Shown: piece by piece, positions 41,438 through 50,123 of the stretch | Numbering within the stretch: position 1 is the stretch's first letter | Layout of the letters: each line of letters opens with the position of its first letter | Source of the DNA: a bacterium | GTDB lineage: Bacteria > UBA8248 | Direction of reading: 5' to 3' | DNA length: 64,000 nucleotides | Assembly (NCBI GenBank): GCA_965203325.1 | Contig: OZ241875.1 | Coordinates: 4,160,001 to 4,224,000 of the forward strand | Position numbers and translations under genes: made by a program | The notes under the pieces: generated by a model | What the model saw: only the letters and a program-made list of their open reading frames with translations | The model's database searches: none | Told to the model about the DNA's origin: nothing

Positions 41438-42130
41438 CTAGATAGCCGTGCCGGCGCGAGCGGTGAAGATGGTGTGCTCCATCCTGGGCATTCCCTCGAA
41501 TGCAGGGTCTTCGTTCACCATCCCGGCCAGATATTCATCCACGTGCTCCGCATTCGACCAGGTGCATTTGTAGGCGACTTTCCCGTCCTTGCCGATGAGC
41601 CAGATGGTGTTCGGCAGGTCCCCGAGCATGGCGTGCACCTTCTGGTCCATTTCGTCGACCAGGATGTTGGTTTCCATGTTCTTTATCTCGGCCAGTTTCT
41701 GGGCGTAGCTCCGCTTGTGTTCGTAGGATTCGTGGTTTCTGATCTCGGGGAATCCGCGCTCGCCCGCGTGGGGTTCCCTCACGTAGAGATTGAAGACGGC
41801 CACGTCGCGATCCGCATATTTCTCCTGCAACTCTTCGTAAAACGGCACCTGCCGCCTGTACGGCGGTCACGTGATGGCGCCCGTGGTGATCACCACGTAT
41901 TTCTTGCCCAGATAATCCGCCATGCGGTAGGTGTTTCCGTGAATGTCCTTGAGTTCGAAGTCGGGGAAGGGGGCGCCGGGAGGAAGAACGTCCGGGAATT
42001 TCTCATAAAAACTCTTGACCCGTTTGCTCGTGACGAGTTTGATGGTCTTCCACAGGTTCAGATACTGCCAGGACCAAAAACCCGCCAGCGGCCCCCAGGG
42101 TTTGGGGACGGAATCGTTAGCCGGCCTCAT
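41438..42130 (-). CDS. Iodothyronine deiodinase-like thioredoxin-fold selenoprotein (UGA read as Sec at 41867-41869)
   Basis: Two ORF-track ORFs are in the same frame across one TGA: PDFELKD...VITTGAIT-U-PPYRRQVP...LYVREPHAGE; SECIS-like hairpin follows. Confidence 0.85.
41837..41861 (-). promoter_or_regulatory. Bacterial SECIS-like hairpin
   Basis: GTAC-AGGCGGC-AGGT-GCCGTTT-TAC; the apical AGGU loop begins 16 nt after the UGA. Confidence 0.7.
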
Positions 42131-42327
42131 ATGAAATGACTCCTCTGCGATGTACGCTTGATTGTATGATGGTGTGTAAGCCCGCTATTTGTTTACCCAA
42201 TCGCAGAGTGAAACACAACCGCCAAGAAGTGGGAACGGAAAAAGGTTCCTGGGGGGTGAATTTTGCGAATTTTTTTCACATTGTTTTTCAAAATATTTTG
42301 TCATTTATCTAAAGTAAATTGTAGGGA

Positions 42328-42445
42328 TTAAAAATCGAACGACAGCTGCGGCTCTTTTTCCCCCGAAGCGCCTTTTGGGGGATGTTTCGAGGAATCTTTC
42401 TCTTTGCTTCGGGTGCGCGGCGGTTTTGTCGGGGTTTCTTTGCGC
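42328..42445 (-). repeat. Diverged duplicate of the 3' end of the SprT-like gene (copy of about 43615-43735)
   Basis: Both copies encode HPxKGASGEKEPQLSFDF; nucleotide similarity is visible over about 110 bp. Confidence 0.85.
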
Positions 42446-42630
42446 TGGCATCTCTCGGTGGTGTCGCGCAGGGTACGCAGAATAGATGTGTGGGAGCCAT
42501 ACGGACTGGTTATTCTTGAGGCCGACGCTGCAAGGTGCACAGTAGACCGACTTTGAACAGGCCAGGAGACAGAACTCTTGGTCGCTCAGAGTGCGCCTTG
42601 GCCGTTTCATCATGGTCCTGTTGCAGCCAA

Positions 42631-43557
42631 TTACGTGGACACCTCCAGAAACCGCTTTATAGCTTGTATGATACGTTCCGGTGCGTCCTCTTGAAGGAAA
42701 TGACTCGCCTCCTCCAACTCATGCGTCGTTGCATGGGGATAAAGCTGTTGCCACATGCGCAACACCGCAGGGGGAAGCACCGGGTCCTGCATACCCCAAA
42801 CCAAGAGCACCGGGATATGCTGGAACTGTGTCAAGCCGTTCTCGATTTGTTGCATCTCCGCGTAGGATTCGTCACATGCCGTGACGGGAATATCGCGTGA
42901 CCAGCACAGAAGCGCACGCCTGGATTCTGGTGTGCGGAACGGGGCCAGGTAGGCATTCAGAACGGTCTCGGTGAGGTAGTTCGAATGAGCGGTCGTTCCC
43001 ATCAACGCGGGTTTCACATAGCCATTCTTGCCCATAATAAAGGCTTCCCCACGGGGTGAGCGGATGAGTTCTATCAGCCGTGGCAACGGTCCCCCCGGCC
43101 ACCGCGCGAACGCCCACGTATTCATCAGGATTAGCCGTTTCAAGCGGCTGGGATGTCGGATAGCGAAGCCTAGACCGACCGGCCCTCCCCAATCATGGAC
43201 GACCAAGGTGATGTCGCGTAGTTCCAACCTCAAGATGAGCGTTTCTAGATTGTCAATATGATGCCGGAGCCGATACGGATATGGGATTTCAGGCACGCCG
43301 GACTTGCCCATGCCCATGTGGTCGGGAACAATGCACCGGGCGTATTTGGAGAGGGATGGTAGAAAGCGCCGATAGAGATAACCCCAAGTCGGGTCGCCGT
43401 GTAACAGGACCAGTGGGTCTCCTTCACCCACATCCACATAGTGCATTTGAAAGGAGTCCAGTTCCACATATTGGGGCTCAAAAGGAAACGTCCCGTCAAA
43501 GTTCGCCTCTCTGAGATCAAGCAAGCGTCTGTTCCTTCCAATTCTCTTCCTGCTCAT
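42631..43557 (-). CDS. Haloalkane dehalogenase/OleB-family alpha/beta hydrolase
   Basis: MHYVDVG, LHGDPTWGYLYR, VHDWGG (nucleophile Asp plus Trp), HFLQED. Confidence 0.88.
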   Translation of the reverse strand: MSRKRIGRNRRLLDLREANFDGTFPFEPQYVELDSFQMHYVDVGEGDPLVLLHGDPTWGYLYRRFLPSLSKYARCIVPDHMGMGKSGVPEIPYPYRLRHHIDNLETLILRLELRDITLVVHDWGGPVGLGFAIRHPSRLKRLILMNTWAFARWPGGPLPRLIELIRSPRGEAFIMGKNGYVKPALMGTTAHSNYLTETVLNAYLAPFRTPESRRALLCWSRDIPVTACDESYAEMQQIENGLTQFQHIPVLLVWGMQDPVLPPAVLRMWQQLYPHATTHELEEASHFLQEDAPERIIQAIKRFLEVST

Positions 43558-43610
43558 ACAATAGGGCAGGTTGTTGATATCATGCTCCCCGAATAGAACC
43601 TTTCTAATTA

Positions 43611-44444
43611 CTACTTAAAATCGAACGACAGTTGCGGTTCCTTCTCCCCCGAAGCGCCTTTTTGGGGATGATTCGAAGAAATATCTTCTTCTCCTCTTGT
43701 GCGCGACGGTTTTTGGGGTGACTTCGCTTCTTCAGGCCTCGCATGGGTGGGGAGTTCAGATTCCCCCGGCGGGGTCCATCTCGGCTTTCTCGTTTCAGGC
43801 CGGGACGCAGCGTTCAGCCTCCCCGGCTCCTGAGAGTCGTTTCTCGACTTGACGTCTGCGGCCGCCATTTCAAATGCCCTCGTCAAATTTTCAGGTTTTT
43901 GCCAGACGGTTTCTTGCAGAGATGCCCGATCCCCGCCCCTCATGCGCATGAGTTTGGTCTTGAGATCCTCGATGCGCGCGTAAAAGCCGGGGCTGTGGGG
44001 CGTGGAGGGGATTCGGAGAAATTTCCTGTCGATGTGGTGCATGAGTTCGTGGATGAGTGTATCCAGAAACGTCTTGCCCGCGACGATCTGTTTGCGGATA
44101 GACGTGAGATTCGCGATTTCGATCATCGCGTTTCGGCAGTGGTAGACGCCGTAGAGCTTGTAGGCGAGTTTTCCCTCGTGCAGTTTGTGGGGTTGGCGCT
44201 CTGCGAACACGCGCAGGCGCGCCCGCGGGATTTTGAGGCTTCGGCAGATGTTGTCGAGCAGTTTCTGGCCCAGCGCTTCGCGCTCGCTCGCGCTCGTGGA
44301 TTCGATGAGCTTTCTGGTGAGTTCACGCTCCTCGTCTGCCGGTCGGTATTCGAGCGCCGGGAATTTGTTGGAGCGCGTGAAATCCGGTGTATTGCGGCGC
44401 CTGCCCATGAGAGATGGTTTCCGAGACGAGTCCGGGCGGAACAA
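43611..44444 (-). CDS. SprT/Wss1-like zinc metalloprotease with a disordered tail ending QLSFDFK
   Basis: DTLIHELMHH (HExxH) followed by PHSPGF; start codon uncertain (ATG 44408 is an alternative). Confidence 0.75.
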   Translation of the reverse strand: MFRPDSSRKPSLMGRRRNTPDFTRSNKFPALEYRPADEERELTRKLIESTSASEREALGQKLLDNICRSLKIPRARLRVFAERQPHKLHEGKLAYKLYGVYHCRNAMIEIANLTSIRKQIVAGKTFLDTLIHELMHHIDRKFLRIPSTPHSPGFYARIEDLKTKLMRMRGGDRASLQETVWQKPENLTRAFEMAAADVKSRNDSQEPGRLNAASRPETRKPRWTPPGESELPTHARPEEAKSPQKPSRTRGEEDISSNHPQKGASGEKEPQLSFDFK

Positions 44445-44521
44445 GTCGCAGATATGCGATGGGCCAACGAGTCAGGATTATACGCGAATCAGACCCCCGT
44501 GGCGAGAGGACTGATTCGGGT

Positions 44522-45559
44522 CTAGTCGTTCTCGAGAATCTCCTCGATCGTCACAATCCGCCTCTCGGCGTTGCTCTTGAGAATTGCCCGCATGATGGCG
44601 AGCGCGCGAACACCGTGGCGCCCGGTGACCTCGGGGTCCCTGTCCTCTCGAATGGAGTCGACGAGGTCGTCAAACTGCTCTCGATTGGCGAGGAGTCTCC
44701 CCTCCACCAGGTTGTGGTCGAGTTCCACGATTGTGGTTTCGAGCCCCCCCATCAGGTCGATGGGGCGCTTGAGGGTCGGGTTGTCCGTCGTGGAAAGGCT
44801 CAGGTTTGCTTCGGTGCCCTGAATGTCGTATGCGAAGTGAAACGGGGCCAGGTAGCTGCTCGATATGACGCCCATCAGCCCGCTCTTGAAGCGCAGGATG
44901 GCGGCGGCGGCGTCTTCCTGGGGGTTGGGGCCGCCCACCTTGGCGCATGAGCCGCTCACCTCGTCCACGTCGCCGAAGAGGTATTCCATCATGTCCGCGA
45001 GATGGATGGTGTAGCTGTAGAGCGGTCCTCCCGGGTTCTCCGTGGCGTCCCACCGCATGCTCTTGGGACCCGAAGTGAAGCCGTGGTTGTTCGAAAACGT
45101 GGCGACCGTGTAGTTCACCAGCCCCAAATCCCCGCTCTCCACGATTTCCTTTGCCTTGCGGAACATCGGCCAGCGCCGGAAGTTCTGCCCCATGTGGAGT
45201 TTCACGCCGTGGTCTTTACACGCCTGCTCCACTTCTTTCGCGTCGGAAACGCTGAGCGCCATGGGCTTTTCCAGATGAATGTGCTTGCCCGCGCGGGCGG
45301 CGGCCATGGCGATTTCCTTGTGCACGGAGTTCGCCGTGGCGATGACGACGGCTTCAGTCTCAGAGTCGGCCATCACCTCGTCAATAGAAGTAAAATTCTT
45401 TCCGCCGTATTTGCCCACAAACTCCTCGCGGGTAGTCGGCGTGCGGGCGAAGCCGCCTGTGACTTCCACCTTGCCGGAGGCGAGGGCGGCGTCCGCGAGT
45501 ACGGCGCCCCACCAGCCGAGCCCGATGAAGGCCATACCGATTTTAGGTGAGTCATTCAT
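44522..45559 (-). CDS. Gfo/Idh/MocA family oxidoreductase
   Basis: IGLGWWG, GKHIHLEKPMA, IHLAD. Confidence 0.9.
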   Translation of the reverse strand: MNDSPKIGMAFIGLGWWGAVLADAALASGKVEVTGGFARTPTTREEFVGKYGGKNFTSIDEVMADSETEAVVIATANSVHKEIAMAAARAGKHIHLEKPMALSVSDAKEVEQACKDHGVKLHMGQNFRRWPMFRKAKEIVESGDLGLVNYTVATFSNNHGFTSGPKSMRWDATENPGGPLYSYTIHLADMMEYLFGDVDEVSGSCAKVGGPNPQEDAAAAILRFKSGLMGVISSSYLAPFHFAYDIQGTEANLSLSTTDNPTLKRPIDLMGGLETTIVELDHNLVEGRLLANREQFDDLVDSIREDRDPEVTGRHGVRALAIMRAILKSNAERRIVTIEEILEND

Positions 45560-45630
45560 CTATGGTTTCCTCGTATAAAGAAAAATGCGCGTTACACCCA
45601 AGCGAATGGAGAGCGGGTAGCTGATTTCTT

Positions 45631-46398
45631 CTAGCGGCCCTGCCATTCGGGTTTTCTCTTCTCCGTGAAGGCCGCGAGGCCCTCCTGCGTGTCGCGGGAG
45701 GTCTGGAGGCGGTAGCTGATGAGTTTGGCATTGGCGATGCCCTCGCGCACGTCGGGCGTCCTGAGACCCTTGAGCACCGCCTCTTTCGTGTGCTGCACCG
45801 CCAGGGGTGCGTTCTGGTTGATGAGTTCGGCCATGGCGCGGGCCTCGTCCATCAGCGCGTCCTGGGGAACAACCTTGTTCACCATGCCCCAGCGTTCGGC
45901 TTCATCCGCGGTGATATTCCTGCCGGTCAGCATGAATTCCATGGCGATGCCGGGCGGAATGGTCTTGGGCAGGCGCTGGTGGCCGCCGAGGCTCATCGCG
46001 CCGTATTTGGGCTGAGGGTAGCCGAAAACCGCGTTTTCGGAAGCAATCCGGATGTCGCACGAGAGCGCCATCGAGCATCCCCCGCCATAGGCGTAGCCGT
46101 TCACCGCGGCGATGATGGGCTTGTAAATCTCGTATTCGCCGTACCACATTGTGGGCGAGTCGTGCTCATTGTACTGGCCCTCGCTCTCGACGACCGAAGT
46201 GAGGTCATGGCCGGCACAGAACGCGCGGTCCCCTGCGCCGGTGATGATGGCCGTCCATACGTTGTTGTCTTTCATGAATTTCTGACTGACGTCGTACAAA
46301 TCGTCCACCATTTCTTCGGTGTAAGAGTTGAGTTTCTCGGGCCGGTTCAGGGTGATGATGGCGGTTCTGCCTTCCACTTCGTAATTGATGCGGCTCAT
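45631..46398 (-). CDS. Crotonase-fold (enoyl-CoA hydratase/isomerase family) protein
   Basis: LNRPEKLN, AFCAGHDL, KPIIAAVNGYAYGGG, AFTEKRKP. Confidence 0.9.
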   Translation of the reverse strand: MSRINYEVEGRTAIITLNRPEKLNSYTEEMVDDLYDVSQKFMKDNNVWTAIITGAGDRAFCAGHDLTSVVESEGQYNEHDSPTMWYGEYEIYKPIIAAVNGYAYGGGCSMALSCDIRIASENAVFGYPQPKYGAMSLGGHQRLPKTIPPGIAMEFMLTGRNITADEAERWGMVNKVVPQDALMDEARAMAELINQNAPLAVQHTKEAVLKGLRTPDVREGIANAKLISYRLQTSRDTQEGLAAFTEKRKPEWQGR

Positions 46399-46531
46399 AG
46401 GACTTCTCCATATTGGTTTGACGAATCCGCTCGTTGCGTGTCCTTTGGGCCGAAAGTAGCGAGGCGACGGGGTTAAGTCAACGTCGGAGTGGAATCCTGC
46501 TCTTTCGACATACCTCCGAGTCTGCGTTTTC

Positions 46532-46560
46532 TTGACAGGTCAGGGCGCGGGTGCTAGCGT
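46532..46560 (+). promoter_or_regulatory. Sigma70-type promoter of the M24 gene
   Basis: TTGACA-17 bp-TAGCGT with a TG extension. Confidence 0.5.
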
Positions 46561-46645
46561 CGCCGCGAATTTCATATTCAGAATCATCTTTTGCGGGCTC
46601 GATATTTTCAGACCGAAATCTTTGTTTTTCGAGGAGGAAGACGCA

Positions 46646-47884
46646 ATGACGGACTACCCCACGTGGGCGCGCGGCTCGATGATGGTCGACTGGGAGCACC
46701 GGATCGACATGGATCGCATGCGCCGAGAGCGCGTCGAGAAAACCCAGGCGGCGATGAAGGAAAAAGGCATCGACGCCCTCATCCTCTGGAAGGATGAGAA
46801 CGTGCGCTATCTGACCAGCGCGCGCGTCATCATGATTCAGTACCGCTCCTCCACCACCTACGGGGTGCTGCTCAGACAGGAGGGAAACCCGACGCTGCTC
46901 GCCTCGAGCGGCGAGGCGCACCGCATCGAGGAGTGCATGCCCTGGATCGACGATTACGTGCCGATCGGCATCCTGGAAGAGCCGGGCCTCGTGGAGCACA
47001 CGGTGGGCACCGACATCAAGAAGCGCTTCGACGACTGGGGTGTTTCGAACGGCACCATCGGTCTTGACGGGCACACGTTCACCCAGCGGGCGATGATCGA
47101 AAAATATTTTCCCGAAGCCACGTTCGTGGACGGCGAGCAGTTCATGTACATGAGCCGGGTGCAGAAGACGCCGGACGAGATAGCCTGCCTCCATCAGGCT
47201 TGCGCCATCGCCGATGCTGTGACCATCACGGCGTTAAACCACGCTGAGCCGGGCGTGCGTGAGTTCGACGTGGCGGCAGAAGCCATGAAGACGCTCTTCA
47301 CCCACGGCGGGGAGTTCGGGCACCTGGCGTCTCCGTTCGTCGCCTCGGGTGAGCACATGGCGCCGCCGACGCGCTTTCCCACGGATAAAATCATCAGGAA
47401 CGCGGACATCGTATTCATCGACATCGGCGCCTGCTGGAACGGGTATTTCGGCGACTGCGGGCGCGCGAAGGTGGCCGGCGGCCCGCCCCATCCCATGCAG
47501 AAGAAGGTGTATACGACCGTCTACAAGTCGCTCAGGGCGGGAATCGAAAAGATGCGCCCCGGCTACACGAACGACGACTCGGCGGCGGAATTCCTCGAAG
47601 TCGCGCGCTCGGCAGGCTTGGAGGACAACTTCATCAAGCTGTTCATCGGACACGGCTGCGGCATTTCGCCCAACGAGCCGCCATACGTGGGCGAGGTGAT
47701 GCCCGGGGCCGAGAGCGTGGAGTTCGTGCCGGGAATGACGTTCGCCATCGAGCCGCTCATTTTCGTGCCGGGTATTCCCGGCGGGGCCGGCGTGCGCATC
47801 GAGGATCATATCCTCATCACCGAGGATGAACCCGTCTACATGACGCGCGCTCCCTATTGCGAGGAATTGATTATTCAGGATTGA
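46646..47884 (+). CDS. M24 family metallopeptidase/creatinase-like hydrolase
   Basis: Creatinase N-domain (NVRYLT); DIG...YFGD, GHG, IEP and GVRIED ligands; GAGGAGG RBS. Confidence 0.9.
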   Translation: MTDYPTWARGSMMVDWEHRIDMDRMRRERVEKTQAAMKEKGIDALILWKDENVRYLTSARVIMIQYRSSTTYGVLLRQEGNPTLLASSGEAHRIEECMPWIDDYVPIGILEEPGLVEHTVGTDIKKRFDDWGVSNGTIGLDGHTFTQRAMIEKYFPEATFVDGEQFMYMSRVQKTPDEIACLHQACAIADAVTITALNHAEPGVREFDVAAEAMKTLFTHGGEFGHLASPFVASGEHMAPPTRFPTDKIIRNADIVFIDIGACWNGYFGDCGRAKVAGGPPHPMQKKVYTTVYKSLRAGIEKMRPGYTNDDSAAEFLEVARSAGLEDNFIKLFIGHGCGISPNEPPYVGEVMPGAESVEFVPGMTFAIEPLIFVPGIPGGAGVRIEDHILITEDEPVYMTRAPYCEELIIQD

Positions 47885-47904
47885 GCAGGCGTTGACCTGA
47901 ATCG

Positions 47905-47937
47905 GCGCCCCTGGCCTGAGGTCCGGGGGCGCTTTTT
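47905..47937 (+). terminator. Intrinsic terminator
   Basis: GCGCCCCTGG...CCGGGGGCGC-TTTTT. Confidence 0.65.
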
Positions 47938-47964
47938 CATTTTGTTGGTTGTGAGGCGAGGCAT

Positions 47965-48825
47965 GTGTTGACAGAAATTCCCCTGGCCATCGCGGCGTCG
48001 GCTTTTTTTGCGCTGACCTTCATCTTCTCGCGCCTGGCGACGCGGGAGGCGACGCCCGTGTTCGGCGGGTTCGTAGCCTCGGCCACGGTGACGCTGCTTT
48101 ATCTGCCCTGGATAGCGGCGAGCGTGCCGATGAGCGCTTTCGCCAACCCGCACCTGCTCTGGTTCGTGGGACTCGGCGTCATCACGCCCAGCATATCGAG
48201 GACGTTTCAGTTCGCGGGCGTCCAGCGCATCGGGGCGGCGCCTTCGGGCATCCTGCGCGGCCTCGGTCCTCTTTTCTCGAGCACACTGGCCGTCTTGCTG
48301 CTGGGCGAGCAGCTCACGCCAGTCCTCGCCTTGGGAACCGCCCTCATCGTCTGCGGCATCGTCGTCTTGTCGATCAGGAAAGACGAGATGCGCTCTTGGG
48401 CGCTCACCGGAATCGCATACGCCATCGGGGCCACGCTCATATGGGTCATGCGCGACCTCATCATCCGCTATTCCTCACCGGATGTGCCCTACAAGACGCT
48501 GGCGATTTTCGTGATGGCGGGAACATCGAGCATCGTCATGGCGTTGGTTCTTGCGAATTCCAAAAGCGGACGCAAGGATTTCACCGGAAAGGGCCTGTTT
48601 TATTTCATACTCGTAGGCCTCGCCAGTTTTTCGGCCCTGACCTCGCTTTTCTTCGCTCTGGAGGAAGGGCGCATCGTCGTCGTGACGCCGATCACCTCGG
48701 CGCAGCCCTTGTTCGTGCTGCTCTTCTCGCGCTTTCTGCCGCAAGGCATGGAGCCGCTGACGCCGCTCATGGTGCTGGGCGCGGCCTTCATCGTCGCGGG
48801 AGGCGCGCTGATCAGCCTGGCGTGA
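47965..48825 (+). CDS. DMT/EamA family transporter
   Basis: About 10 TM in two repeats; PLFSSTLAVLLLGE and VVTPITSAQPLF. Confidence 0.88.
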   Translation: MLTEIPLAIAASAFFALTFIFSRLATREATPVFGGFVASATVTLLYLPWIAASVPMSAFANPHLLWFVGLGVITPSISRTFQFAGVQRIGAAPSGILRGLGPLFSSTLAVLLLGEQLTPVLALGTALIVCGIVVLSIRKDEMRSWALTGIAYAIGATLIWVMRDLIIRYSSPDVPYKTLAIFVMAGTSSIVMALVLANSKSGRKDFTGKGLFYFILVGLASFSALTSLFFALEEGRIVVVTPITSAQPLFVLLFSRFLPQGMEPLTPLMVLGAAFIVAGGALISLA

Positions 48826-49884
48826 TCAGTCGGCGAGTCTGTCGTCCAGGCCGAGTTCTTCGGCCAAATCCCTGAGCTGGGCGAGCACGGGCCCGGCGAC
48901 GGGCACACCCTCTCGGCGCATCTGCTCTTTTCTTCGCGCGAGGTTCTCGCCCGGAATCCGGATGGGGCCCTTGCCCTCCATGGGGGCGGAATTTCTGATC
49001 TCGCGGATTCTCATGTCCATCTCCGCCTTGAAGTCGTCCAGATCGCGGAAGATGTCCGGCCGCATGGCGAAAAACACCTGACCGGTGTTCGTGGGCGTCT
49101 TGAAATCCTTGTTGAAATCGATGACGTCCGAGCCGAAGGCGGCCCCGTTCAGAACGCCTGCGAGGGCGCCGATCATCATGTTCAGACCATATCCCTTATG
49201 ACCCCCGATGGGCAGCAGAAAACCCTCCCCAGCGCGCGAGGCGTCGGTGAGGGGCTTTCCGTCTTTGGTCATCATCCAGCCCTCGGGCATCGGCTTTCCC
49301 TCCTGGGCGTAGACCTTCACTTTCCCGTAGGAGGTCTCGGTGGTGGCCATGTCGAGGACGAAGGGCGGCTCCTCGCCCGCCGGGATGGCGTAGGCGATGG
49401 GGTTGGTGCTCAGGAGCATGTCGACGCCGCCCCAGGGGGGCATGTGGTTGGCGTTGGCGACGGCCATGTACATGCCGATCATGTCGTGCGCGAGGGGCAG
49501 GGCGGCGTAGACGCCCGCGGCACCCGCGTGGTTCCCGTGATGTATGCCGATCCACGCCAGCCCGTTTTCTCGCGCCTTCTCGATGGCGAGTTCGGCGGCG
49601 AACGTCACCACCACCTGGCCGAAGCCGTTATCCCCGTCGATGAGGGCGCTTACGGCGGTTTCGCGCTCGGCGCGGATGTCGGGCCTCAGGTTGTAGCCGC
49701 CTTCTCGGATTCTGCGGCAATAGGGAGGGAGCCGGAAGATGCCGTGTCCGTGCATCCCGTGCAGGTCGGCTTCGATCATGCGGACGGCGCAGATACGGGC
49801 ATGATCGTCCAAAACGTCGTACGCCACCAGGACGGCGTGAATGAAATTCTCCAGGCGTTCTACGGGGTAGCGTAGTTCGGACAT
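48826..49884 (-). CDS. Ldh_2 family oxidoreductase (malate/L-lactate/ureidoglycolate-type)
   Basis: ADLHGMHGHG, DGDNGFGQ, STNPIA, DMAT, GGHKGYGL. Confidence 0.9.
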   Translation of the reverse strand: MSELRYPVERLENFIHAVLVAYDVLDDHARICAVRMIEADLHGMHGHGIFRLPPYCRRIREGGYNLRPDIRAERETAVSALIDGDNGFGQVVVTFAAELAIEKARENGLAWIGIHHGNHAGAAGVYAALPLAHDMIGMYMAVANANHMPPWGGVDMLLSTNPIAYAIPAGEEPPFVLDMATTETSYGKVKVYAQEGKPMPEGWMMTKDGKPLTDASRAGEGFLLPIGGHKGYGLNMMIGALAGVLNGAAFGSDVIDFNKDFKTPTNTGQVFFAMRPDIFRDLDDFKAEMDMRIREIRNSAPMEGKGPIRIPGENLARRKEQMRREGVPVAGPVLAQLRDLAEELGLDDRLAD

Positions 49885-50123
49885 CGGGTCTCCTTGTTCG
49901 AATGGCGGTTTCCGTACTCACGGGGCGCGCCTGCGCGGCGTATCCGCACAGTTCCAAATATAAAGATTCCTTAAAGTCGGGTTTTCTCACTTTGGTGAGA
50001 TTTCTATGATATATTCCCAAGAGCCGTCATGGAAGGCGTATTCGCCTCCATGGCACAGTTCATAACGATTCGCCTGTTCTGGAGAATACACCCGACTCCA
50101 GCCGCCACCCGAAAGGGGATGAC

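Noticed and set aside
41438..42130. Pseudogene or two separate small genes
   Set aside because: The TGA falls exactly at the catalytic Sec position of the deiodinase motif and is followed by a SECIS-like hairpin.
42255..42283. Rex or CRP box upstream of the selenoprotein gene (TTGCGAA-TTTTT-TTCACAT)
   Set aside because: Half-site spacing is one base too long for either consensus, and the AT-rich context makes a chance match likely.
42305..42613. 102 aa Cys-containing ORF downstream of the hydrolase
   Set aside because: No recognisable family, and it runs off-frame through the duplicated gene end; probably a junction remnant.
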